Positions 17,016 through 25,992 of a stretch of DNA of 40,361 nucleotides are shown here, piece after piece. Every line of letters starts with the position of its first letter. The first letter of the stretch is position 1. Origin of the DNA: a virus. The DNA is taken from IMG/VR virus record IMGVR_UViG_3300045988_017739, positions 1 through 40,361 of that record. The stretch is one strand, 5' to 3'. The translations under genes and the position numbers were made by a program. The notes below the pieces were generated by a model, which worked only from the letters and a program-made list of their open reading frames with translations, did no database searches and was not told where the DNA came from.

Positions 17016-18286
17016 ACATCTTCCAGCGCATACCGGGCCATATCAATGCTGTGGTTTGCAGCATCCACATAGCCGGGCATCACCTCGCCGGTCTTTTTGT
17101 CTATGGCATACTCATACTCGGAAAACTCCCGCGCCGTCCACGGGCAGCGCACCGGGTCGATCACGATCTCTGCACGGCTTTGCAGCCACTTCATGCCGTC
17201 TGTCACGCTGGTGCCGCCGTTGGCTGCGTACTTATGGCAGCCCCGCAGCCCGCGGTACCCCAGATCGCGCAGTGTAGCAATTGAACGGTTGGCCGCGCTG
17301 TCACCCACGATGTCATCCAGCAGGTGGGGCTGCAGCACCTGCGCCAGTGCGGCGTCCGTCTCCCGCTGCGCCCGGTGCTCCTCGAAAATATACACGGTCT
17401 GCCGGGCGTGGTCATAAGACAGCCCGCCGAAATGGTTCGGATCCGGGTACCAGCCAAAGTCCAGCCCGTAGTACCGGCGGTCAAACCCTGCGATCTCCTC
17501 CCGGGTGATAGGCCGCAGCGTGATGTTGGTAAACACCTGCTGCCCGCAGCCCACCACCTCGCCCATGTACTCGTGAGCGTATGCGATGGGATCCCGCTGC
17601 TTCAGGGTCTCCGCGTCATCGAAAAAGCGGGGGCCCAGCCAGTCCGGCGGGGTGGTCAGGTAGGTGGTATGGTGCCGGAATTGCTTGGGCTTGGGCTCCT
17701 GTTTGTACCGGTTGACCCAATGCCGCGCCATGGCCGGACTGTTGAAGGTTTTGAAGGAAAAGCTGAAGGGACCGCCGCGGAAAACAGACTGCTCCACGTT
17801 TCGGATCTCCTCCGGGCCGTCAAACTGATCAAATTCTTCAAAGTGCATCACACCGAAATAACCAAACGGCACCGCAATGGATTTCAGCTTGCCGGGGTCA
17901 TCCAGACCGTAAAATTGGATCGTCTGCCCGGTGGGAATATAGGTCAGGGTGTATGGCTTCTTGGTTTGCTTCCACAAGTGCCGGATCCCCATGCGATCAA
18001 TGACACGGTTATATTCCGGCCAGACGCTGGTGGCAATGGTGTTGCCGACTTTACGCAGCACTACCGCGTGAATGTTCGGGGTGCGCATGACCAGCAGCAC
18101 CACCTCCGTAGCAGCAAAGGTAGACTTCAGGCTGCCGCGCCCGCCATCACCCAGATACTCGTTATACTCGCCGGACCAGATCGCTGTATGGGCGGCGTAG
18201 TACTCCGGGATGATCAGATCACTTAGCTTCAGCTGCTTCGGCGCCAGCAGGTTCTGCTGCGGGCGGGGCCGTCTTTGGGATGTCAT
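16985..18286 (-). CDS. terL: Terminase large subunit
   Basis: About 433 aa with a Walker A-like GGRGSLKST and a nuclease-type C-terminal half. ATG 18286 is preceded by GGAAGGTGG. The ORF track also allows ATG 18310. Confidence 0.85.
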   Translation of the reverse strand: MTSQRRPRPQQNLLAPKQLKLSDLIIPEYYAAHTAIWSGEYNEYLGDGGRGSLKSTFAATEVVLLVMRTPNIHAVVLRKVGNTIATSVWPEYNRVIDRMGIRHLWKQTKKPYTLTYIPTGQTIQFYGLDDPGKLKSIAVPFGYFGVMHFEEFDQFDGPEEIRNVEQSVFRGGPFSFSFKTFNSPAMARHWVNRYKQEPKPKQFRHHTTYLTTPPDWLGPRFFDDAETLKQRDPIAYAHEYMGEVVGCGQQVFTNITLRPITREEIAGFDRRYYGLDFGWYPDPNHFGGLSYDHARQTVYIFEEHRAQRETDAALAQVLQPHLLDDIVGDSAANRSIATLRDLGYRGLRGCHKYAANGGTSVTDGMKWLQSRAEIVIDPVRCPWTAREFSEYEYAIDKKTGEVMPGYVDAANHSIDMARYALEDVWQKRGVQNA

Positions 18287-18623
18287 CCACGAACACCACC
18301 TTCCCGTCATACCCGCGCAGCTCTGGGTGCTCGCTCCATTGCTCGGGTGCTCGATTTTTTAGAAAAAAGCACATCGCGCCCAGATCACCGGACAGTGCTT
18401 TCTTGTACAGCGCGTCCTCCACGGCAGCAACGGCAACTTCCTTGCCGTTTGCAACCGCCTGCGCAATTGATTTGTTTTCGGTACACCAGCGCCGAAACGT
18501 GCGCACAGGCACGTCAATGGCCGCGCAGATCTCGGCCTGCGTCAGTCCCTGCATGGCAAGCCGCTGCAAGCGCAGCAGCCCGGCGGGAGTGTCCCATTTG
18601 CTTATTTTAGACTTGCGGGCCAA
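18219..18623 (-). CDS. terS: Terminase small subunit (HTH N-terminus)
   Basis: TTG start at 18623, 5 nt after GGAGGTG. ...LRLQRLAMQGLTQAEICAAIDVPVRTFRRW... is an HTH. It overlaps the terL start. Confidence 0.65.
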   Translation of the reverse strand: MARKSKISKWDTPAGLLRLQRLAMQGLTQAEICAAIDVPVRTFRRWCTENKSIAQAVANGKEVAVAAVEDALYKKALSGDLGAMCFFLKNRAPEQWSEHPELRGYDGKVVFVDDIPKTAPPAAEPAGAEAAEAK

Positions 18624-18640
18624 CAGATCACCTCCGAAAT

Positions 18641-18706
18641 AAAAACGGCACGCACTGGCCTGCTGTGGGCCATGCGGGAGGAGGTGGCCCGCGTGCGTGC
18701 CGTTTT
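18641..18706 (-). terminator. Long hairpin plus U-tract immediately upstream of the terS RBS (terminator or antitermination target)
   Basis: A perfect 12-bp stem pairs AACGGCACGCAC (18644..18655) with GTGCGTGCCGTT (18693..18704), and A-T pairs extend it. An inner GGGCCA/TGGCCC stem is present. On the minus strand the hairpin is followed by TTTTTATTTCGGAGGTG. Confidence 0.55.
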
Positions 18707-18761
18707 GGCTAAGATGCACCGGGAGCGGAAAGGAGTAGGAAAAACGCCCCCGGCGGGATAG

Positions 18762-18803
18762 CAAAAAGAAAAGCTATCTCCGGTGAGCATACCAGAGATA
18801 GCT
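18762..18803 (-). terminator. Rho-independent terminator after the 92-aa ORF
   Basis: On the minus strand, AGCTATCTCTGG-loop-CCGGAGATAGCT (12 bp, one G-U) is followed by TTTCTTTTTGC. Confidence 0.6.
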
Positions 18804-18821
18804 TTCAGAAAACGAACGGTT

Positions 18822-19100
18822 TTACTTTTTCTTCTTCGGAGCTGCCTTTTTGGCGGCGGTGCGGGTGCTGGCCTGCCCGGTGGCAAAGTTCAGCTTCTTG
18901 GGCTTGTCGGATCCGGTGCCCATAGCGGCGTACATGAACATAGGCTTCACCTCGCCGTTGTTCTTCATCACCACCATGCCGTCCCCGATGCCGCCCGCCT
19001 TGGGAGCAAAGAACCAAGCGTCCCCGTAGTCAAGGCACACAGCGGTTTTAGGATCACGGGCAAGAGCTTTCTTTTTGGCGTCTGCATAGTTTACGGCCAT
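18822..19100 (-). CDS. Hypothetical protein with a Lys-rich C-terminal tail
   Basis: 92 aa with RBS TAGGAGGA. The C-terminus is AAKKAAPKKKK. Confidence 0.5.
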   Translation of the reverse strand: MAVNYADAKKKALARDPKTAVCLDYGDAWFFAPKAGGIGDGMVVMKNNGEVKPMFMYAAMGTGSDKPKKLNFATGQASTRTAAKKAAPKKKK

Positions 19101-19117
19101 TGTAAAATCCTCCTAGA

Positions 19118-19780
19118 TCAGTGCTTGCTGGGCTGTACAAAGATACCCACTTTGTTGGGATCGGGCTGCATATTGTCAATGCGCATCAGGTGCGTCTGGG
19201 ACATGGTGACGTGTCTTGACATGGCTTTTAGATAGCCGGTGGACGGTTTCTGCCAGTTATACGCCTGCGGCTCAACAAAAAGGGTCTGACCGTTCCGGCG
19301 CTCCGCGATAAAAACGTGCCCGCACCTGCCGCCCTTATAGGTGATCTGCACTACTGCGCGGGCACCCTCGCCCCAAGATGCCATCTGCTTCTCTACGGCT
19401 TTCTGCGTGGGAGTGCTTACCAGTGACGCGGACGAACCGCCCTGCATGAAGGTGGTCCACCCGCGGTTGTATGCGGGGTCGGTCATGCTCCGCGTTCTGG
19501 GCTTTGCTTCCACGTCATAGCCGCGGCGGCGCATCTCATACGCCCAGATGCAGCGCTGGCAGTTTGTCTGGTACTCTTCGCCCTTTGCGTAGTTCGGGTT
19601 TGCATCCCGGGCAGCGGGGTCAACTTCCATCGGCTGCCCACGCACACCGGCGTAGCGGCTCAAAGGGTCGTTGGGATCCGGCAGGATGCTGGGCTGCTTA
19701 GGGACAAGCGGATTGATGACGGCAGGCAGAAAACGCTGCCCGCCGCCCTTCTTGGAGGAGGAACTGCTGGACTTTGGCAT
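19118..19780 (-). CDS. Hypothetical protein with a disordered N-terminus and a putative papain-fold (Cys/His) toxin-like domain
   Basis: 220 aa. Ser/Pro-rich N-terminus, then ...TNCQRCIWAYEMRRRGYDVEAKP... and ...GGRCGHVFIAER.... This Cys...His arrangement is reminiscent of papain-fold toxin or deamidase domains. The motif comes from memory only. Confidence 0.3.
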   Translation of the reverse strand: MPKSSSSSSKKGGGQRFLPAVINPLVPKQPSILPDPNDPLSRYAGVRGQPMEVDPAARDANPNYAKGEEYQTNCQRCIWAYEMRRRGYDVEAKPRTRSMTDPAYNRGWTTFMQGGSSASLVSTPTQKAVEKQMASWGEGARAVVQITYKGGRCGHVFIAERRNGQTLFVEPQAYNWQKPSTGYLKAMSRHVTMSQTHLMRIDNMQPDPNKVGIFVQPSKH

Positions 19781-19801
19781 GATGATCTCACTTTCACTAT
19801 A

Positions 19802-20887
19802 TCATTTTCGGATGCGCTTTTCAATGCTTGCACTGAAGGGCGGGATATGGATCAGCGGCCCGGCGCACACCTCCCGGAGCCATTCCGGTGCTGCACCGTA
19901 CCACAGCAGCTGACTGGGGTGCAGGGTATTCAGAACGTACTCCACCTCTTCCCGCAGCTGACTGACCCGGTGCTTTTTGTTCATGTCGCTGACGCTTGAC
20001 ATACAGATCGGCGCGTTGGCGGGGATCCCGTCCAGCGCCCATGCTGCCAGATCCTCCCGGTAGATCACATAGGGCACAACGCGGATCCCGCATTCCTGCC
20101 AGTACGCCGCGCACCACATTTTGCGGTAATGGTTGTAGAGGTTCAGCGCGCCCGGCCAGTCCCCGTACTGTGAGAAGTCCGGGGCGATCACATAGTCAAA
20201 CCGGGACAGCAGATCCAGATACCTGTCCGGGGATGCCCAGACCCGTTCAAACTGGTAATCGTCTAGAAAGAAGTGCAGCCCCTTCCCGGCGGGTGCTGTC
20301 TCGGTGAGTGCGTAATTGAACCCCTCCCACACGATGCCGTCCGGCACGGGCTCCACAGGTGCCATTGCCGGGATGCCGTAGGGGCTGGCGCTGTCGAACA
20401 CAGAGATCTGGGTGTTCTGCCAGCTGCGTTCTGCCTTGTATGGCCGGTCACGTTCCAGCGGATCCTCCTCGGCCTCGGGCTCCGGTTCTTCGGGCTGCAG
20501 CGGGGTCAATAGATCCACCGGCAAACCAAACTTTGCGGGGTCAAAGGTCAGCTGTGCCAGCTCTGCAGACAGCACCGGCAGATCCCACTCGGCCACCTCG
20601 CTGGTGCTGTTGTCTGCGATGCGCAGTTCTTTGGCCTGCTCCGGGGTCAGCTCTGCAGCCACGATCACAGGCACGGTGGACAGCCGCAGCCGCTTTGCTG
20701 CCTTGTACCGGGTATGCCCGGCGATAATCACGCCGTCTCTGTCTACGATGATCGGGCTCTGAAAACCATACTCCCGGATGCTGTTGGCTACCGCGGTCAC
20801 CGCCTTGTCGTTTTTCCGCGGATTCTTCTGGTACGGCTTAATGTCAGCCAGTTTACGATATTCAAGCGCATGATCTGCACAGCGCAT
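19802..20887 (-). CDS. ParB N-terminal domain protein with a DUF4417-like C-terminal domain
   Basis: Preferred start is MRCADHALEY at ATG 20887, after GGGAGGTG. ...IKPYQKNPRKNDKAVTAVANSIREYGFQSPIIVDRDGVIIAGHTRYKAAKRL... is a classic ParB/Srx-fold N-terminal domain. Confidence 0.7.
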   Translation of the reverse strand: MRCADHALEYRKLADIKPYQKNPRKNDKAVTAVANSIREYGFQSPIIVDRDGVIIAGHTRYKAAKRLRLSTVPVIVAAELTPEQAKELRIADNSTSEVAEWDLPVLSAELAQLTFDPAKFGLPVDLLTPLQPEEPEPEAEEDPLERDRPYKAERSWQNTQISVFDSASPYGIPAMAPVEPVPDGIVWEGFNYALTETAPAGKGLHFFLDDYQFERVWASPDRYLDLLSRFDYVIAPDFSQYGDWPGALNLYNHYRKMWCAAYWQECGIRVVPYVIYREDLAAWALDGIPANAPICMSSVSDMNKKHRVSQLREEVEYVLNTLHPSQLLWYGAAPEWLREVCAGPLIHIPPFSASIEKRIRK

Positions 20888-20954
20888 AGAAAAACACCTC
20901 CCGCGGTAATCTATTTTCAAGACTACCGCAAGAGGTGCTTCCGAAACGAACAGG

Positions 20955-21164
20955 TTATAACTGCGCGATCACCCGGGTTGCCATCATGCGCACGCTGTCC
21001 GGGGTGTTGCCGCCACCGATCATGCAGGCCACCTTTGCCCAGCTGACCTTACCGGCACCCAGAAACGCGATCTCCAGCACACGCAGGGTAAGCGGATCCT
21101 GTACCCGCGAAATGTACGCCCGGCGCTCCGCTCTGGAAAGCCGCCGGAAAGCCCGAATACTCAT
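20955..21164 (-). CDS. Small putative DNA-binding protein (sigma region-4-like HTH); candidate late regulator
   Basis: 69 aa with a basic N-terminus and an HTH-like segment ...WAKVACMIGGGNTPDSVRMMATRV.... Weak evidence. Confidence 0.3.
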   Translation of the reverse strand: MSIRAFRRLSRAERRAYISRVQDPLTLRVLEIAFLGAGKVSWAKVACMIGGGNTPDSVRMMATRVIAQL

Positions 21165-21167
21165 AGA

Positions 21168-22526
21168 TTAGCCCCTTTCTTTGATATACGACTTCAGCGC
21201 CTGCATTAAGGCGTTCTGGTTGCGGTCTTTGCTGTTCAATGCTTTTACTACCAGCTCATCCGCGCCGTGCTTCACGATCAGCCGGTGCACGATCACGCTC
21301 TGCTTCTGCCCCTGCCGGTAAAGCCGGGCTTCGCCCTGTGCGTACAGCTCCAAACTCCACGGCATACTGTACCAGATCAGGTGGTGCCCGCCCTGCTGCA
21401 GGTTCAGGCCGTAGGCACAAGAGGCAGGCTGCGCCAGCAGCACATCAATCTCCCCGGCGTTCCACGCTGCCGCGTCCCTGTTATCACGCAGCACAGCCAC
21501 GCGCAGGCCGCTGTGGTGGTGTTTCAGGGTCTCCAGAAGCTGCTCCTCGTCAAAGTGGAAATGGTAAAATACAAGGGCTTTCTGCCCGTCCAGCTGGTCG
21601 ATCAGCTCGTCAAAGGCGTCCAGCTTGCAGCGGTGGATCTGGTGCATCTGGCCGTCATCATCGTACAAGCTGCCATTGCACAGCTGCAGCAGCTTGTTGG
21701 TCAGGGACGCCGCCTGCTGGGCAGTAATGGCTTCGCCGTCCACCTGCAGCAGGCACTTCTTCTCCATGGTTTTATAAGCCGCAGCGGCCTTTGCATCCAG
21801 CACAACGGGCACGTCCTCCACGATCTTTTCCGGCAGCTCCAGCAGATCGGCTGCTTTGAAGCTCAGCACCAGATCAGAGATCTTGCGCCGGATCGCATCG
21901 CCCGCCCCGTCCTTGGCTTCCCAGCTGTATTCTGTGGGCCAGAAATAGGCCTGCCGGTAGTGCGTGATGTACTTGCCCAGCCGCTCCCCCTGATCCAGCA
22001 GATAGATCTGCGCCCAGAGGTCCAGCAGGTTGTTGGGCGCCGGGGTGCCGGTCAGTTCCACCACCTTGGCGATCTTCGGGCGCACAGCCTTCAGCGCCTT
22101 AAACCGCTGGGCGGCATGATTCTTGAAACTGGATGCCTCATCCAGCACCACCATGTCAAAAGGCCAGTGTCTGCCGTAGTGTCTCACCAGCCAGTAACAG
22201 TTTTCGCGGTTGATGATATACACATCTGCCGGGGTGTTCAGGGCTGCAATGCGCTGTGCCTCGGTGCCCAGCACAGTGGAGATCCGCAGGTGCTGGAGGT
22301 GATCCCACTTCTGCGCCTCGTCCTGCCATGTAGCTTCTGCCACCTTCTTTGGCGCCACAACCAGCACGCGCCGGATCTCGGCAGCATCGTAGATCAGGGT
22401 ATCAATGGCGGTCAGGGTAACTACGGTTTTGCCCAGACCCATCTCCATCCACAGCCCAACACTGGGCTTGTCAATGATCGCGTCAATAGCCGCTTGCTGA
22501 TACGGGTGCGGCGTGAAATGCTGCAT
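21168..22526 (-). CDS. SNF2-family helicase
   Basis: 452 aa. Walker A is MGLGKTVVTL and the DEAS box is VVLDEASSFKN. The helicase C-terminal motifs include ...LAQPASCAYGLNLQ.... RBS AAGGAGG. Confidence 0.85.
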   Translation of the reverse strand: MQHFTPHPYQQAAIDAIIDKPSVGLWMEMGLGKTVVTLTAIDTLIYDAAEIRRVLVVAPKKVAEATWQDEAQKWDHLQHLRISTVLGTEAQRIAALNTPADVYIINRENCYWLVRHYGRHWPFDMVVLDEASSFKNHAAQRFKALKAVRPKIAKVVELTGTPAPNNLLDLWAQIYLLDQGERLGKYITHYRQAYFWPTEYSWEAKDGAGDAIRRKISDLVLSFKAADLLELPEKIVEDVPVVLDAKAAAAYKTMEKKCLLQVDGEAITAQQAASLTNKLLQLCNGSLYDDDGQMHQIHRCKLDAFDELIDQLDGQKALVFYHFHFDEEQLLETLKHHHSGLRVAVLRDNRDAAAWNAGEIDVLLAQPASCAYGLNLQQGGHHLIWYSMPWSLELYAQGEARLYRQGQKQSVIVHRLIVKHGADELVVKALNSKDRNQNALMQALKSYIKERG

Positions 22527-22559
22527 AAGGTTTGACCTCCTTTTTTTTTATGGCGTGGG

Positions 22560-22931
22560 TCAGTCGGGGCTCTCTTGACCGGCAAGCGGATCGTCCCACC
22601 AGTCATCATCCCAGTCATCTGAATAAGACGTTACCCGGCCAAGGCTTTCCGTGCTCAGCTGAGACGCAAGCTGCGCTGCCTGCTCGACTGTGCTGATCTC
22701 GCAGCAGGAAAAACCCAGCCCTGCCAGCTTTTCCCGCCACCACTCCTGCAGCCCGCCTGCTTTGACCTTTGCCCCGGGGCGCTTCAGTTCCACAAAAGCA
22801 ATGACGCCGCCGGGAAAGAGGATCATCCGATCCGGCACGCCCGTGTGTCCGGGGCATACCCACTTCAGGCACAGCCCGCCTTCGTCCTCCACGGCCTTCC
22901 GCAGGGCGGCTTCTACCGTTCTCTCTCGCAT
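22560..22931 (-). CDS. VRR-NUC domain nuclease
   Basis: 123 aa. ...GVPDRMILFPGGVIAFVELKRPG... matches the D...E-x-K nuclease core. Confidence 0.75.
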   Translation of the reverse strand: MRERTVEAALRKAVEDEGGLCLKWVCPGHTGVPDRMILFPGGVIAFVELKRPGAKVKAGGLQEWWREKLAGLGFSCCEISTVEQAAQLASQLSTESLGRVTSYSDDWDDDWWDDPLAGQESPD

Positions 22932-22957
22932 TTTGTACTCCTTTACTCGATCCGGCT

Positions 22958-23293
22958 GTCAACCAAACCCGAAAATTTGAAGTTGACGGGAAAAATGCAG
23001 CAGTGGAGCCACTTTTCCGGCATCTGTCAACGTTGTCAACCAAAATGTCTTATATACCCTCGCGGGCACAAGCATACAAGCGTGTGCGCCCTATGCGTGT
23101 GCTTGTTTTCTTCTTTTCTACTTCTTCTAGTAGATTTTATAGTTGACAATGTTGACAGAACCAGAAAAACGGCTTGATTGCTTGCTTTTCAGCGTCAACC
23201 AGTTTGTCAACCAAACGAAAACGCCCGGTTGACAACGTTAACGGATTGCTTGTTTTCTTCGGTTCTTGGGGAAATTCCGCTTTTTACGTTGAC
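22958..23293 (+). repeat. Dispersed structured intergenic element, copy B (expanded)
   Basis: GTCAAC at 22958, 23026, 23035, 23194 and 23206. GTTGAC at 22982, 23142, 23151, 23228 and 23288. CCTCGCGGGC core, hairpin 23068..23106, then TTTTCTTCTTTTCT. Confidence 0.8.
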
Positions 23294-23308
23294 GCGGTTA
23301 ACAGCCGC

Positions 23309-23566
23309 TTATTTCAGCAGCGCCTCGCTCTCACAAAGCGCCCGGCAGACGGTGCACTTCGTCAGCGGCTTATCTAACCAGATATTAAAAAGATCGCATT
23401 TCGGTGCATTCCATTCAGGCGGTGCTTTGCGCCCGTGCGTGCGGTTCCGTACTTTGTAGAACCGGCACAGCTGATAGTAGCCTTCTGAATCTTCGGGAAA
23501 TGCACAGCCCTGTTCCGGCACTAAAACCGGCGAGTGGATTATGATGCCCGGTGTTAGGTCTACCAT
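23309..23566 (-). CDS. Hypothetical Cys-rich protein
   Basis: 85 aa starting MVDLTPG at ATG 23566, after GAGAGGAG. Four or more Cys residues, including a CTVC pair. Confidence 0.45.
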   Translation of the reverse strand: MVDLTPGIIIHSPVLVPEQGCAFPEDSEGYYQLCRFYKVRNRTHGRKAPPEWNAPKCDLFNIWLDKPLTKCTVCRALCESEALLK

Positions 23567-23571
23567 ATTTA

Positions 23572-25992
23572 CTACTCCTCTCTGACCCATACCCGCTGCG
23601 TACCATAGGGGCCGCAGCGGCGGCTGTTCTTCAGGTTTACCCACCCGGAGATATTTGCCAGCACCGCGGAAATGCGCTTGGACTGCTGCCGGTCAAGTTC
23701 CCTGCCGGTGCGGTCGATGCACTCCCGCCAGATCTCGTTGACGCATACGCTGGTGCGTTGCACCGTGTTTTCCGCGCTCTGACCGGAGGTCTCCCAGTAG
23801 CAGATCCGCTGGTCAATGTCGCGCTTCATCCAGTCTGCGGGCACCGGGCGGCTCAAAAAGTCCTCGATCTGACCCTCCCACGGGTCACGTTCCATGTGCG
23901 CCTGCTGCTCTGCCACGGCAGCCGCCAGCAGGTCATCCCGCAGGATCAGCTCCTCACCCTGCTGGTAGCGTGCAACGGCTTCAGCCCAGATCTGATCTAC
24001 CTCTGCAGGGGTCAGATCGTCATGCACCAGCTTCGTCCGGCGCTCAAAACTGCAATCTATGGGCCAGTAACGGCGGTTTCCTGTGGCGTCCCGCAGGAAG
24101 TCGGTGCTATTGGAGGTGCCGAAAAACACACAACGGCGGGGATACTGCACCGTTCTTCGGCCATAAGCCGCCCGGTATCTGTCCTCGGTCTGGCTCAGAA
24201 ATTGCTTGGCGGCTTCGCTCTCAGAGCGGGAAAAAGCGGTCATCTCGCCCAGCTCTACGATCCAGACGCCGCGCAGATTTTCGCGCGCTTCCTTGCCGTC
24301 AAAGCTGGTGATACTGTCGTTGAACCAGTCCCGCCCCAGACGGGAGAGCAGCAGGCTTTTGCCGATGCCCTGCTTGCCGCTCAGAATGCAGATCTGGTCA
24401 AACTTGCACCCCGGACGGAAGCAACGCGCCACGGCAGCCACCAGCATTTTGCGGGTGACGGCGCGAGTGTAGCTGTTGTCCTCGGCGCCCAGATAGTCGA
24501 TGAACAGCGTATCCAGCCGCTCTTTGCCGTCCCACTTCAGCCCGGACAGATAGCTGCGCACCGGATCCTTGGCGTGGCGGCTGCCGGTCAGGGCTACCGC
24601 GTCCGCTGCCTTGGCGGTACCGCTGAAGTGGTAGACCGTTTCCAGATACCAGCGCACACCGGCGTCATCCTCGTCAGCCCAGTCCCGTTCACCGTCACGC
24701 CCCGGCCACGGGAACGGACCGGCACACCGCAGACGATCCGCAAAAGTGTCCTGCCAGATCCTGCCCTTCAGCACCGGGTCGTTCTCAAGGATCACCCACG
24801 CGTTCTGCGTGGTGCACGCCAGCGCGCCCTTCTGGGTGCGGACCAGCTGCTTCTGCCAGTCCTCGGCATCGTCCGCGGCCTTTTCCGGCTCCTGCCGGGG
24901 GTCATCCTCTACCGGGGAGAACCCGGACAGCGCGTTTTTAACGGTCTCGTCCCGCAGCCGCGCCGCAGTCGGGCCGTCACTCTCGGCCAGCGTGCGCATC
25001 TGCTGCCAGCTGGGCAGGGAGGCTGTGGGGGTGCCGGGGGTCACGTCTGTATCGAGATCTCCGAAGCGGTGGATGCGCACCAGATCCCACGCGTTCAGCA
25101 GCTTGCCCCCGGCGGGATCCGTGCTGTGGTGGCTGTAAATAAAGTGATCATCATCATACAGCACAGCGCCCGCGGTGGTGCTGCCCAGCGCATAGGTCAG
25201 GCGCCCGGGGCTGGCGTCCACATAGACGCCCGGCAAAAACTTCTCGATCGCTGCCGGAATGTCGTATTCCCGGCAGAAAGCGCCCACGGCGCCGCCTTTG
25301 GCTGTGGGATCGGCCTGCTTGCCGCCGGGCAGCGTGACCGTCTCAGAGGGGCAGGTGGGCCACTGCCGCACGTCATGCCAGTCCAGATAGGCGTCCAGCA
25401 GCTCCGACACGGCAATGCGCTCACCGTCCGGGGTGTACTCGCACACCCACTTGCTGTCTGCGCTGCGGCTGGGCCAGTACATCAGGCGCTCGTTTTCAAA
25501 GGTGGTGCGGTCAAAGACCACCATTTCGGGATCCAGCATCTGCGCCAGCATCCGGGCGCAGGGCTGGTACTCCTCCGGCTGCATCACGCGATCCGTAGGG
25601 AAGATTGCCCGCAGCCGGGGGTGCTCCGGGTCGTGCTTCCGTGTGGAGTAGACAGCTGCCGTGCCCATGGCCTTAATGGCAGCCACCCACTGCTCCGTGC
25701 TGCCGGGTGCACAGTTGTCCATATCCAGCGTGATCAGGCTGCGCCCGGTGCAGCAGCCGCGGCGGCGTAGGCCGTCCCGCAGGCTGCCGCCCACAAAGCC
25801 GCCCACGTCCTTGCGCCTGTCCTGTTCAGCCTTTGGCAGTGCCATGTACTCTGCGTGGGTCTCGGCGCCACAGTTGCGATCCATCCGGGTTGAGAGGGTA
25901 GCGGTAAAGCCTTTCCAGCTCAGTTCATGCAGTTCCCACTCGGTTTCTGCTCGGCTGCCGCCCACGCATAGCATAATCGGTGTAGCGCTCAT
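23572..25992 (-). CDS. DNA primase-polymerase / helicase (VirE-type, P4/D5-like NTPase)
   Basis: 806 aa. The N-terminal part has an acidic motif LITLDMDNC. Walker A is LSGKQGIGKS and Walker B-like is VWIVELGEM. Confidence 0.8.
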   Translation of the reverse strand: MSATPIMLCVGGSRAETEWELHELSWKGFTATLSTRMDRNCGAETHAEYMALPKAEQDRRKDVGGFVGGSLRDGLRRRGCCTGRSLITLDMDNCAPGSTEQWVAAIKAMGTAAVYSTRKHDPEHPRLRAIFPTDRVMQPEEYQPCARMLAQMLDPEMVVFDRTTFENERLMYWPSRSADSKWVCEYTPDGERIAVSELLDAYLDWHDVRQWPTCPSETVTLPGGKQADPTAKGGAVGAFCREYDIPAAIEKFLPGVYVDASPGRLTYALGSTTAGAVLYDDDHFIYSHHSTDPAGGKLLNAWDLVRIHRFGDLDTDVTPGTPTASLPSWQQMRTLAESDGPTAARLRDETVKNALSGFSPVEDDPRQEPEKAADDAEDWQKQLVRTQKGALACTTQNAWVILENDPVLKGRIWQDTFADRLRCAGPFPWPGRDGERDWADEDDAGVRWYLETVYHFSGTAKAADAVALTGSRHAKDPVRSYLSGLKWDGKERLDTLFIDYLGAEDNSYTRAVTRKMLVAAVARCFRPGCKFDQICILSGKQGIGKSLLLSRLGRDWFNDSITSFDGKEARENLRGVWIVELGEMTAFSRSESEAAKQFLSQTEDRYRAAYGRRTVQYPRRCVFFGTSNSTDFLRDATGNRRYWPIDCSFERRTKLVHDDLTPAEVDQIWAEAVARYQQGEELILRDDLLAAAVAEQQAHMERDPWEGQIEDFLSRPVPADWMKRDIDQRICYWETSGQSAENTVQRTSVCVNEIWRECIDRTGRELDRQQSKRISAVLANISGWVNLKNSRRCGPYGTQRVWVREE

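Noticed and set aside
23551-25770. 739-aa plus-strand ORF antisense to the primase-helicase. Similar shadows lie at 9998..11113, 17324..18226, 21267..22535, 26473..27360 and 38526..40001.
   Set aside because: Same reasoning. Each is the mirror frame of a motif-bearing minus-strand gene and is itself motif-free, Arg/Gly/Ala-rich and without a translation start context.
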